Source: Candidatus Hermodarchaeota archaeon (GTDB taxonomy: Archaea > Asgardarchaeota > Thorarchaeia > Thorarchaeales > Thorarchaeaceae). From it: a stretch of DNA of 64,000 nt. Shown here in pieces: positions 10,299 through 19,589 of the stretch (its first letter is position 1; each line of letters begins with the position of its first letter). Location: contig JBHLLF010000006.1 of NCBI GenBank assembly GCA_048885865.1, positions 32,001 through 96,000 on the forward strand, given 5' to 3'. The notes below the pieces were generated by a model. That model was not told where the DNA came from. It saw only the letters and a list, made by a program, of their open reading frames with translations, and searched no databases. The position numbers and the translations under genes are program-made.

Positions 10299-11495
10299 CT
10301 AGGTTTCATTCAAGTGAAATGCGACTACAATCATTGCCTCCATTACTAAGCCCAAACAGAAAATTGGGAGGAAGAATGATCCAGTGAGGTCAGTGAGATA
10401 GCCTACAAAAGCTGGGCCTATAAATCCAAAGAAAGCGCCGAATGAGAAGTATGCTCCACTTGCAGCTCCAGTATATTCAGCTCCAATATCAGGAAGGTCC
10501 ATCAGAACGACCAGTAGAATTGGCATCATTGCACCACTAAGTATCCCATAAATGGCGAGAGATCCCAAAAGAAACAATCCAACAGTCATTGCTGCAACGA
10601 TTATGGAGATGCCTTGAAATAGCAGGATCACAATGATGATCGGCCTTCTTGAACCTGCTTTAGCTAAGCTAGGGATAAACACACTACCGATGAGACCAAT
10701 CCACGTCGGGAAGGAGGCGACTAATCCTGCTTCAACTGTGCTGAATCCCTTCGACTCCAAAAGAGTTGGAAGCCAATTGCCAAATCCGTAATAAATGAGA
10801 AATCCGGAGGTTCCAATAATCGCAACCTTCCAAACAGACTTGGAACGAAGTAAGTTTCGCAATATCTTGTCTAATGTCGGAAGCGCAATACTCTCAACCC
10901 CGCTTGGAGTTGGCTCTTTGACTAGAAGAATCCAAGCGCAAGCAATTAGCAGCCCTACGAGCCCATAGACTAAGAAAACATTACGCCAAGTTCCAACAAA
11001 AGGAATGATGATTGCATTTGTGAGTGCAAGTGCTATTGTGGACCCGATGATGAAGCCCGTCATGTATATCCCGGACGCTAATCCACGCTCTCGACCATGA
11101 AAAGCAGAAGCGACCACTTTGGGAAGCCCAACCGAAATGGTTGGCCCGCCTATGCCGAAGATGAGCACAGTAAGAAATAACATTTCAAAGTTTGCAGCAA
11201 ATACACGAAGAATAGCGGAGGAGGATATCAGAATTAGACCGGCGGTTATCATCTTTCTATGCCCAATTCGGTCAATGACAGCACCAGTTGGGATGGCAAA
11301 GGGAACATACATTAGAATTACAGAACCGAGTATCGCACCCATTTGTGAGAAGGTCAATGAGAGATCATTGGCAATTGTAGTTGCGAGAGGGGGAATTGAG
11401 GAAAGGATAAGGCCAAAAGCAAGATAAACAAGCCAAGCGAGGCTGAGAATGACCCATCTGTAAGGGCTTTTTGAAACGCTATTCTCATTCTCCAA
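10299..11495 (-). CDS. MFS transporter (CynX-like)
   Basis: ~12 TM helices, GAVIDRIGHRK motif A; TTG start chosen to avoid overlap with the divergent gene. Confidence 0.88.
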   Translation of the reverse strand: MENENSVSKSPYRWVILSLAWLVYLAFGLILSSIPPLATTIANDLSLTFSQMGAILGSVILMYVPFAIPTGAVIDRIGHRKMITAGLILISSSAILRVFAANFEMLFLTVLIFGIGGPTISVGLPKVVASAFHGRERGLASGIYMTGFIIGSTIALALTNAIIIPFVGTWRNVFLVYGLVGLLIACAWILLVKEPTPSGVESIALPTLDKILRNLLRSKSVWKVAIIGTSGFLIYYGFGNWLPTLLESKGFSTVEAGLVASFPTWIGLIGSVFIPSLAKAGSRRPIIIVILLFQGISIIVAAMTVGLFLLGSLAIYGILSGAMMPILLVVLMDLPDIGAEYTGAASGAYFSFGAFFGFIGPAFVGYLTDLTGSFFLPIFCLGLVMEAMIVVAFHLNET

Positions 11496-11642
11496 GACCC
11501 AAGCCACCTGAATGCGATTTATCCTAGGACTAAGTCCCAAGTAAAAAGTGTGTCTTCTCCAGGGGCTAGTCTTTTCGAACCGGTGCAGGTGCAGAGTAAG
11601 ATATTTCCACAGCTCTGAATCTGAATTCTGTGGTGCCAAATC

Positions 11643-12596
11643 ATGACTATTGAGTTCGGAGTCCACTTTGAGCCGCTATTTGGCTTTGATTATGAAACGA
11701 TCGAGGAAATCACGCTTAATGCAGAACGACTAGGGTATCAATCGGTTTGGACGTGCGATCATTTCTTCAAGGATATGGATTCCGCGGCAGTGAACAGTCT
11801 TGAGGCTTGGACTCTTCTCACGGCGCTTGCTGTAAAGACCTCACGAATGAAGCTTGGTGTCCTTGCCACTTGCAACTCATATCGACCCCCTTCACTCCTT
11901 GCCAAGATTGCAGCCACACTTGATATGATTTCAAATGGGCGACTAATACTTGGTATTGGAGCTGGTTGGAAAGAGGTCGAGTACAAGGCATACGGATACC
12001 GTTTCCCCTCACTTCGAGAGAGATTTGATCGCCTGGAGGAAGCCCTTCAAGTCATCATCAAACTATGGACAGAAGACAGAGCAACCTTTGACGGTAATTA
12101 CTATGAGCTGAACGATGCTGTCTTTGCGCCTAAACCCATTCAGAAACCGTATCCTCCAATCCTAATCGGGGGACATGGCGAGAAGCGCACGCTGAAGCTT
12201 GTGGCCAAATATGGTGATATGAGCAATTTTTCTCCATGGGGAACAGATAGGCTTGAAAGACTCCTAAAGGCCCTAAGAAGTCACTGTGCAGATGAAGGAC
12301 GTGACTACGAATCTATAACGAAGACATTCCTTGGCTACTGCCTGATTACTGACAATGAGGATGAGATTCGTGACTTCAACATCAAGCGAGCTAGGGAGCA
12401 GAGTATAACACTAGATGAGTATATGGAGAAGCAATCAAGCTTGCCTGGTTCATGGGCTGGGTCTGTTGAGGAAATAACTGCACAGTTCCAGCATTTGGCA
12501 GGCTTGGGCTTCTCTCACTTCCAAGTATTGTTTCCCTACAAGCGTGAACGCGAAACAAGTGAGATATTCGCAGAAAAGGTCATTGCGAATGTGTGA
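11643..12596 (+). CDS. LLM-class (probably F420-dependent) oxidoreductase
   Basis: WTCDHF, LLAKIAATLDMISNGRLILGIGAGW, PKPIQKPYPPILIGG. Confidence 0.9.
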   Translation: MTIEFGVHFEPLFGFDYETIEEITLNAERLGYQSVWTCDHFFKDMDSAAVNSLEAWTLLTALAVKTSRMKLGVLATCNSYRPPSLLAKIAATLDMISNGRLILGIGAGWKEVEYKAYGYRFPSLRERFDRLEEALQVIIKLWTEDRATFDGNYYELNDAVFAPKPIQKPYPPILIGGHGEKRTLKLVAKYGDMSNFSPWGTDRLERLLKALRSHCADEGRDYESITKTFLGYCLITDNEDEIRDFNIKRAREQSITLDEYMEKQSSLPGSWAGSVEEITAQFQHLAGLGFSHFQVLFPYKRERETSEIFAEKVIANV

Positions 12597-13230
12597 CGAG
12601 ATGAGATAGCTGGCCCTTCACTTCAAGTGAAAGGAAGACCCAGACCCAGAGGATTGCGCTCATGGCAGTGAGGATTTCAGGTATAGCCATACCAGTCCAT
12701 GGTACAGTACCTTCGAACGTACCCCACCAGATATAGACTGAGAAGAAAGGCAGCAACAAGGATAGCACGCAGAACCACCACAGATGCCTGTATCTAAGCC
12801 AAGATAGACCAACAAACCACATCGCAAAAGGGAAAGTTGTGAAAAGGCCAACTGAAACCATATAGTGGGTTGGGTTGAAGTTCTCTGAGAAGACGCCAAT
12901 TGCAGTGAGAAAGCCACAAGCGATGAGAAATGGGAACATCGCAATCCGCGTAGGCCAATCATTGATCTGCTTGATAAAGGCAAATGTGATAATGAACAAA
13001 AGAACGCCCGTAGTAACCAAGCCAAAGTTGAAGATGATCGCCCTAACGAGAGGATTGGGGCCAATATCGGTTCTTGTGTAGTGTCCAAGGTCACTGAGCG
13101 CATTTGTGACCCAGTCAAAGCTCGGGGATATTGCGATGGCTAGCGCTATGCATGCGAGAGCTATCAATGGTGCTATGTATCCAATCAGAGCTACTCTGGG
13201 CAAACCTCGAATCTTCTCAGCGATTGACAT
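12580..13230 (-). CDS. DUF998-like membrane protein
   Basis: NALSDLG, IFNFGL, GVFSE...H pattern; ~6 TM. Confidence 0.75.
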   Translation of the reverse strand: MSIAEKIRGLPRVALIGYIAPLIALACIALAIAISPSFDWVTNALSDLGHYTRTDIGPNPLVRAIIFNFGLVTTGVLLFIITFAFIKQINDWPTRIAMFPFLIACGFLTAIGVFSENFNPTHYMVSVGLFTTFPFAMWFVGLSWLRYRHLWWFCVLSLLLPFFSVYIWWGTFEGTVPWTGMAIPEILTAMSAILWVWVFLSLEVKGQLSHLVTHSQ

Positions 13231-13285
13231 GGTATTTCGGCATTAAACGTGGTATATAGATACATATGTTACTTCCAGAGACGCT

Positions 13286-13951
13286 TCAAATTGAAAACGA
13301 CTCGCCTTCCTTCAGATATCTGAACTCTGTGTCAGTTTCTTTCTCAACCTGTTTCTTGAAGGCATCAACGCTCTTGTCCCATGTGTGCATGGGCACTACG
13401 ACCTTGGGCTTTATGATTGATGTGGCCTCAGCGGCATCCTTGTTATCCATGGTATAGGTATCGCCACAGGGGAGCAGGGCAACGTCAATCGGTCCCAACT
13501 CATTCATCTCGGGAATCACATCAGTATCCCCAGCGAAGTATATTGTCTTGTTCTCAGCACTGATGAGATATCCGACTCCAAATCCCTTTGGGTGATAGGG
13601 ATTGCCTGGTGATCGAAACCGCTTCACGTTGTATGCATGAACAGCTTTGATTGCTATCCCCTCAACCTCGGTTTCTTCGCCCGGTGCCAGCGAGGTTATC
13701 GCCGCACCTAGCTTAGCACCACAGTCTGCAGGGGCGATAATCGTAGTTCCAGAATTGCGTACTTCATTAATTGCTTCAGGGAAGCAATGATCATTGTGAG
13801 AATGAGTAGCCAAAACCAATGCTGCAGGATCTAATTCGTCAGGAACTCTCTCCCTCAGCTGCTTGGAACGATAGAGATCAAGATAGATGACCTTCTCATC
13901 AACATTAATCTGGAAGCTTGCATGACCTAGCCACCGAATAGATATTGTCAT
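13286..13951 (-). CDS. Metallo-beta-lactamase-fold hydrolase (UPF0173-like)
   Basis: WLGHASF, THSHNDH, YFAGDT, PMH. Confidence 0.88.
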   Translation of the reverse strand: MTISIRWLGHASFQINVDEKVIYLDLYRSKQLRERVPDELDPAALVLATHSHNDHCFPEAINEVRNSGTTIIAPADCGAKLGAAITSLAPGEETEVEGIAIKAVHAYNVKRFRSPGNPYHPKGFGVGYLISAENKTIYFAGDTDVIPEMNELGPIDVALLPCGDTYTMDNKDAAEATSIIKPKVVVPMHTWDKSVDAFKKQVEKETDTEFRYLKEGESFSI

Positions 13952-14026
13952 AATAATCAGGTAAATAGGACATCTACTTGTCATAAATCTGATTGCTCCG
14001 GCGCCCTGAGGTTGAGTGTGTGAAAT

Positions 14027-14704
14027 ATGAAGCTCGCAGCGGTTGCAGATGTTCATAGCCCGAAGTTTCTTGAGGATTTTGCAGAATCACTCACCCTTGT
14101 CGATGCACCTGACATATTTCTATTCGCGGGCGATATGGTAAATTTCGGAAGAGCATCCCAGTACTTGAACATCATTCAGGCCATTGATTCCTCAGAAGCG
14201 AGGGATGTTCCGATCATAGCCTGTTTTGGGAATGAGGAATTTGAAGCTACCAGAAAGGAAATATTGAGCCTGACAGAAGGAAGAATACTGTTTCTTGATG
14301 GTGAGTCGACATCTCTGGAGATTGCAGGGTCGAAGATTGGAGTTATTGGTGCTACTGCACCGGTTGACATCAGGGGAGGAAAAAAGAGACTCAACAAAAT
14401 GGGCCTTAGAGAATTTTATGAATCACGTGCGGAAAGCTTGGCCAATGAAGTAAAGGAAACTGCAGCTGAAGTGGATTACACCATTCTACTGATGCATTAC
14501 AGTCCACTCTCCGAAAGAATGAATGACAACGACATCAGCGTGTATTCTTGGTGGATATCCAAAATAATTGAGGATGTACAACCTGATATTGTGATTCATG
14601 GACACCTGCATATGTCTAACAGACTCGAAACGAAAATCGGCAAGACTCGAATCGTCAATGTGGCATTTCCTGCTGTTGGGAAGATAACGGAAATCGTACT
14701 CTAG
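14027..14704 (+). CDS. Calcineurin-like metallophosphoesterase
   Basis: DVH, AGD, GNEE, MHYSP, HGHLH. Confidence 0.88.
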   Translation: MKLAAVADVHSPKFLEDFAESLTLVDAPDIFLFAGDMVNFGRASQYLNIIQAIDSSEARDVPIIACFGNEEFEATRKEILSLTEGRILFLDGESTSLEIAGSKIGVIGATAPVDIRGGKKRLNKMGLREFYESRAESLANEVKETAAEVDYTILLMHYSPLSERMNDNDISVYSWWISKIIEDVQPDIVIHGHLHMSNRLETKIGKTRIVNVAFPAVGKITEIVL

Positions 14705-14707
14705 CCA

Positions 14708-16426
14708 TCAGAATATCTTTGGCTCTTCCCATTCCCCAAACACATCACGCCAGACGTCGCAGATCTCTCCAACGCTTGCATAAGCTCGAACAGCCTTAAC
14801 AACATGAGGCAGCACATTCTCTGTACCCTCAGACGCCTTTCTCAAACCATCCAGGGCTTCCTGCACCTTCTTGTTGTTCCGTTCTTTGCGTGTCTTGTTT
14901 AATCGCTCAATCTGTCTTTTCTCAACCTCTGGGTCAATCTTCAGGACGGGGATTGTTATCTCCTCATCTTCCAGAACGAAGTCATTCACTCCAACGATAA
15001 TTCGCTTCTTGGCTTCAATCTCTCGTTCGTAGCGGTATGCCGCCTCTGAGATCTCCTTCTGGAAGAATCCCTTCTCTATCGCTGGTATGACACCGCCAAG
15101 CGAGTCGACATGGTCGAAGTATTTGTATGCCTCCTCCTCAAGTTCGTTGGTCAAAGCCTCCACATAGTATGATCCTGCAAGGGGGTCAATTGTATTAGGC
15201 ACACCGCTCTCGTGTGCCAACACCTGTTGAGTTCTGAGAGCCACTCTGACTGCGTCCTCAGTTGGAAGCGCTAAAGCTTCATCCATTGAATTTGTATGGA
15301 GTGACTGTGTGCCTCCCATCACAGCGGCCAGTGCTTGGTAGGCTGTACGAACGACGTTCACCATTGGTTGTTGGGCTGTCAATGAGCATCCGGCGGTTTG
15401 AGTATGGAATCGCATCCAAAGAGACCTCTCCTTCTTGGCATTGAACCTCTCTTTCATCTCGCGTGCCCAGATTCTTCGAGCAGCTCTGAATTTTGCGACC
15501 TCCTCAAAGATGTCATTGTGGGAGTTGAAGAAGAACGAAAGGCGCGGGGCAAAGGTGTCCACATCGAGACCTCGGGCTATGCCTTCCTTCACATACTCCA
15601 TGCCATTGAGCAGAGTGAAAGCAAGTTCTTGAGCTGCCGTAGAGCCAGCCTCTCTGATGTGATAGCCTGAGATGCTTATTGTATTCCATCTGGGAATGTT
15701 CTTGGCGCAATATTCCATTATGTCTACAATGATGCGAAGCGATTGCTCAGGCGGGTATATCCAGCTCTTTTGCGCCATATACTCCTTCAAGATGTCGTCT
15801 TGTATCGTGCCTCCGATTTGATGAGAACTCACGCCTTGCTTCTCAGCAGCAACCATATACATCGAAAGCAGCACTGACGCAGGAGCATTGATGGTCATCG
15901 AAGTTGTGACCTTATCAAGCGGAATCCCATCAAATAGAATCTCCATGTCCTTGAGTGTATCGACTGCAACTCCCAGCTTGCCAACCTCTCCATAGGAAAA
16001 CTCATGGTCAGAATCATGACCATAGATTGTTGGCAGATGAAACGCAACGCTGAGCCCTGTCTGGCCAATCTTGAGAAGGTACTTGAATCGCTCATTTGTT
16101 TCCTCTGCGGAGCCCATCCCGGCAAATTGGCGCATGGTCCAGAACTTGCCACGATAGAGTGTAGGTTGAACCGCACGGGTATAAGGGTATTCACTAGGAA
16201 ATCCCAAGTCGCGCATATAGTCAAACTTGGGGATATCCAAAGGAGTGTAAATCCTTCTGACTGGCCGACTGGAGGTGCTGATGAACTCCTCACGACGTTC
16301 GGGATGTTTCTCGGTGTGGCGGGACAGTGTGCCTGCTTCCCAGCGTTCCTTCGCAACCTGAATCTCACTCAAATAGGGATCCGGTGGTGCTTGAGTATCA
16401 TCCTTCTTTGCCTTGTCAGCTCCCAT
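14708..16426 (-). CDS. AdoCbl-dependent acyl-CoA mutase large (substrate-binding) subunit, isobutyryl-CoA-mutase-like
   Basis: WTMRQFAG, GTIQDDILKE, SISGYHIREAG, RLSFFF, GGTQSLHTN; no B12-binding domain. Confidence 0.92.
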   Translation of the reverse strand: MGADKAKKDDTQAPPDPYLSEIQVAKERWEAGTLSRHTEKHPERREEFISTSSRPVRRIYTPLDIPKFDYMRDLGFPSEYPYTRAVQPTLYRGKFWTMRQFAGMGSAEETNERFKYLLKIGQTGLSVAFHLPTIYGHDSDHEFSYGEVGKLGVAVDTLKDMEILFDGIPLDKVTTSMTINAPASVLLSMYMVAAEKQGVSSHQIGGTIQDDILKEYMAQKSWIYPPEQSLRIIVDIMEYCAKNIPRWNTISISGYHIREAGSTAAQELAFTLLNGMEYVKEGIARGLDVDTFAPRLSFFFNSHNDIFEEVAKFRAARRIWAREMKERFNAKKERSLWMRFHTQTAGCSLTAQQPMVNVVRTAYQALAAVMGGTQSLHTNSMDEALALPTEDAVRVALRTQQVLAHESGVPNTIDPLAGSYYVEALTNELEEEAYKYFDHVDSLGGVIPAIEKGFFQKEISEAAYRYEREIEAKKRIIVGVNDFVLEDEEITIPVLKIDPEVEKRQIERLNKTRKERNNKKVQEALDGLRKASEGTENVLPHVVKAVRAYASVGEICDVWRDVFGEWEEPKIF

Positions 16427-16582
16427 AGGCGACTCTCCTTCTCAGTGAAACAAGAGAGATTGTCTTGTGTTTCGATATTAACTGTTTGTTTCTTGGCTTA
16501 CCAGCTTGTTGATTGTTGATGCAATTGCATCCTAGACATCTTTATGTGAAAGCACTGAAACTCCTCAATTCGAGGTATTCGA

Positions 16583-16984
16583 ATGTCGAAACTGGATGAA
16601 ATTGCGGCGCTGCTAGATGAGATCGATATTGTCTATTCTCGAGAAGAGGCAGGCCTTCTTATGGTCTGGGACACTGCTCAGTTTGATGATCTCAAGGTTC
16701 TAATTCTCACAAGCCCTGACGAGAGCTGGCTCTTCATTACTGCGCTCTTTACAAAGTTCAGCAGCATTCCCCAAGAAGAACAGCACAAGCTAATGTACGA
16801 CATGCTTGTTTCCTCATGGAAGGTGAATGGTGTCAAGTTTGTAATCACTAGTGATGACTACATCTCAGTGACGGCAGAAACAAATGATACAGATCTGACT
16901 GGCGAGGAGCTCAGGACTCTGATCGACAATACTGTAGGGGCCTGCGATGTTCTGGCAACCTTTACTCCTGGATATGGCGACTAG
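16583..16984 (+). CDS. YbjN/type-III-secretion-chaperone-fold protein
   Basis: 133-aa acidic protein with an alpha-beta3-alpha-beta2-alpha pattern. Confidence 0.55.
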   Translation: MSKLDEIAALLDEIDIVYSREEAGLLMVWDTAQFDDLKVLILTSPDESWLFITALFTKFSSIPQEEQHKLMYDMLVSSWKVNGVKFVITSDDYISVTAETNDTDLTGEELRTLIDNTVGACDVLATFTPGYGD

Positions 16985-17003
16985 ACGCTCCCAGTATATT
17001 GCC

Positions 17004-17033
17004 CCTGACCCGGCCGCCTAAGCCGGGTGCAGG
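17004..17033. terminator. GC-rich hairpin between convergent genes
   Basis: CCTG-ACCCGGC / GCCGGGT-G-CAGG inverted repeat. Confidence 0.5.
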
Positions 17034-17039
17034 CTTTAT

Positions 17040-17600
17040 TCAGAACTCAAATCCCTTTCTGGCTTGAACCTTCTTTGATGAATAGTAGTGCTTGATCTCT
17101 TTCATCTCCGTGACAAGGTCTGCCGCTTCAAGTAACTCTGAGCGAGCGTAACGACCTGTCATTATCAATTCAACCTCTGGAGGTTTTGCTTTGATGAGGG
17201 CCAACTGATCCTCAAGAGCGATAAGATTCCATTCTACAGCGACATTGATTTCGTCAAGGATGAGGACATCACAAGTGTGGTTCCTGAGCGCATCACGAGC
17301 TAGTTGCAATCCGTCTTGAGCAAGCTTCACATCAATCGGATCCGGATTCTCTTTGTCAACCCAGTCAAGTCTTCCAACCGGCACAATCTCGAAGTTCGAA
17401 ATCTGTTCCACTGATCCAAACTCACCATAGTTGATCTCTGTTTCTCCATCTCGTTCAGCTATTTTCGCCTTCATGAAACAGATCATCAAAACTCTTAGAC
17501 CATGACCTGCCGCTCGTAGCCCAGCTCCAAGGGCACAGGTTGTCTTTCCTTTGCCATCACCAGTATACACCTGGACTTGCCCAGGTCTCTTGAGATCCAT
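17040..17600 (-). CDS. cobO: Cob(I)alamin adenosyltransferase CobO/BtuR
   Basis: QVYTGDGKGKTT, LILDEIN, MTGR, ADLVTEM..IKH. Confidence 0.93.
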   Translation of the reverse strand: MDLKRPGQVQVYTGDGKGKTTCALGAGLRAAGHGLRVLMICFMKAKIAERDGETEINYGEFGSVEQISNFEIVPVGRLDWVDKENPDPIDVKLAQDGLQLARDALRNHTCDVLILDEINVAVEWNLIALEDQLALIKAKPPEVELIMTGRYARSELLEAADLVTEMKEIKHYYSSKKVQARKGFEF

Positions 17601-17609
17601 TCTAAGGCC

Positions 17610-18227
17610 TCAGGTCCCTTTGATGTGGTTCACAAGCTTCGCTATTCTGCGACCAAGTTCCTCACTCGCATCTATTGCAAGTGTGTCTGTGTCCGCGTTT
17701 CGCCACTTGCCCTCATCTGTCTGCATGCTGCCTGATCCAAATGTGCCATGTTTTACGGGACTTCCCACGGAACCCACAACGATCATGCCTTGTCCCAAGG
17801 CATATCTGTTTAGAACATCAATAACGTGCTCTTGGCCGCCATAACGAAGACCTGCATATGTGATCGCACCAAAAACCTTGTCCTTGAGCTGATGATCAAG
17901 CATCTTCATGGTTCTCGAACGATCTATGAAGTCCTTTAGGATTCCGGGGACAGATGTGAAGTAAGATGGAGCTGCGATAATGATCCCTTCGGCTTTAGCG
18001 AGCTTATCCTCAATCTTTGGCATGTCATCATGTTCACTCTCTGGGCAGGGTTTCTTCCTCACGCATGCATCACAACCAGTACAGTATCGGATTTCGTAGT
18101 CCACAATGTCAAGAATCTCGGTATTGCCATTAGAAAGGACCTCAGAAGCCGCCTCAAGAGCCTTAGCAAGCAAGAATCGGGAATTAGACCGTTCGCCTTT
18201 GGGAGAGCCATTGATACCCACAATCAA
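17610..18227 (-). CDS. Iron-sulfur flavoprotein / flavodoxin-family (WrbA-like) protein
   Basis: GINGSPK, CTGCDAC...C, PSYF...LKDFIDR, GGQE. Confidence 0.88.
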   Translation of the reverse strand: MIVGINGSPKGERSNSRFLLAKALEAASEVLSNGNTEILDIVDYEIRYCTGCDACVRKKPCPESEHDDMPKIEDKLAKAEGIIIAAPSYFTSVPGILKDFIDRSRTMKMLDHQLKDKVFGAITYAGLRYGGQEHVIDVLNRYALGQGMIVVGSVGSPVKHGTFGSGSMQTDEGKWRNADTDTLAIDASEELGRRIAKLVNHIKGT

Positions 18228-18278
18228 CTCTGGTCACCAGACCTGCTTGGGGAGTGAAGCATCATTTAGAACTTGTGC

Positions 18279-19031
18279 TCAATTCGACAAAGCCCTGTTT
18301 AGGTCATCAGCTATCTCACTGACAGCCTTGATAGCAGCTAACTTACTCTCATCCCGATGAGCGGCCACCGCAACTGTCAGAGACTGCACTTTCAGCAGTT
18401 GGACACTATAGCCCATGATCTCTACCCCTGTCGGAACCATGTCCGCCACTGGCCTAATCTCACCATTTGCCATCATCTCGGCTTCAATTCCAGAAAGATG
18501 GTTCTCAGGGATGTTTCCGCGAAGCAGCTCCCCTTGTGCATCTAGAAGCCCGACATATGCTATTTCATGGTCCTCAAGCACTGCATTCATCAGTTTCTCT
18601 GCCTTGTCGAGAATGGAATCTGGGGGATGCTCGAGGTCAATAGTGACATATCGGTCCACTAGCGTGTCCATGCCCTCAAACTCGCCAATGTTGCCACTCC
18701 AGGACGAGATAAGGCCGCCAAACTGATTGCTGATGGCTCGACCAAGTGACATCATCATCTTCTTCAGACCGACCTCATTCTCATCGAAGGTTGTGAAAAG
18801 AATCACTGCAAAGTTCTCAAAGAATACATAGGACCAGATTGCCCCAACCTGTTCCAGAGTATACACGCGGTCTCTTGAGGTGCCACTACTAGTGTGGAAG
18901 AGTGTCGCACATGCTCGTACGTGTGCTGGCAGACTGTTTTCACCAATGGGATCGCTATCATCGTATGAACGACCATAGATGGGTTCGCCTGATGGGCTCT
19001 TCATAATGTATACTCTGAGTATCATTTTCAT
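18279..19031 (-). CDS. Longin-like + roadblock/LC7-like two-domain protein
   Basis: N-terminal MILRVYIM..SGEPIY.RSY longin-type opening; C-terminal helix-VGLLDAQGELL-helix-beta3-helix roadblock pattern. Confidence 0.6.
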   Translation of the reverse strand: MKMILRVYIMKSPSGEPIYGRSYDDSDPIGENSLPAHVRACATLFHTSSGTSRDRVYTLEQVGAIWSYVFFENFAVILFTTFDENEVGLKKMMMSLGRAISNQFGGLISSWSGNIGEFEGMDTLVDRYVTIDLEHPPDSILDKAEKLMNAVLEDHEIAYVGLLDAQGELLRGNIPENHLSGIEAEMMANGEIRPVADMVPTGVEIMGYSVQLLKVQSLTVAVAAHRDESKLAAIKAVSEIADDLNRALSN

Positions 19032-19165
19032 ATCCCGACAGATGCAAAACAGGTGTCTGGCGGGGTCATAAGGATTGTCTGTAGATAGCTTGTTGCCCGC
19101 CAAGTTACGCGCTTTTGCATGCCTTTTTATGATTGCTCTTATCCAACTTCTTTAGGTGCGACTCG

Positions 19166-19474
19166 ATGGCGAAGAAGAAGAAGGCTGAACGTATCAAGAG
19201 AACGAGATACGACATCTACGCCGAGCTCATTCGTGTTATCTACATCTATGGATATTGCCCACTCACCCGCGCCGCGAGGTCCACCAATATGCCAGTCGAT
19301 CGGGCAAAAGAAACAATCACTGAGCTGATGGATAGGGGTCTTTTGGAGGAGGATGACGACGAAGGACAGAGGGTCTATTCAGTGACTGTCCGAGGTCATC
19401 AGTATCTTGAACTCTACAAAAGGATGGCTGCTCTTGTCGGCATCCCTGTACCAGACCCTATAATTGGGATGTGA
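19166..19474 (+). CDS. Winged-helix transcriptional regulator (HTH_45-like)
   Basis: RTRYDIYAELI...LTRAAR..N...L...GLL...YSVTVRG..YL. Confidence 0.85.
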   Translation: MAKKKKAERIKRTRYDIYAELIRVIYIYGYCPLTRAARSTNMPVDRAKETITELMDRGLLEEDDDEGQRVYSVTVRGHQYLELYKRMAALVGIPVPDPIIGM

Positions 19475-19490
19475 TTGGCTTGAATTCCCG

Positions 19491-19553
19491 CTGTAAATTA
19501 ATACAGTTTACAGTCACAAATTGTGACCCTGAATTGTGGTTCCGCTTTATATA
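19491..19553 (+). promoter_or_regulatory. Two inverted repeats (putative operators) and a TATA box upstream of the bactofilin-like gene
   Basis: CTGTAAA-N9-TTTACAG (19491-19513), GTCACAA-A-TTGTGAC (19513-19527), TTTATATA (19546-19553). Confidence 0.5.
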
Positions 19554-19589
19554 CTAAATTTGAGCAAATTTACATGTAACATAACGGAG

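Noticed and set aside
11496-11666. N-terminal extension of the MFS ORF
   Set aside because: It overlaps the divergent LLM gene and its promoter, and it is non-hydrophobic; the TTG start at 11495 is more plausible.
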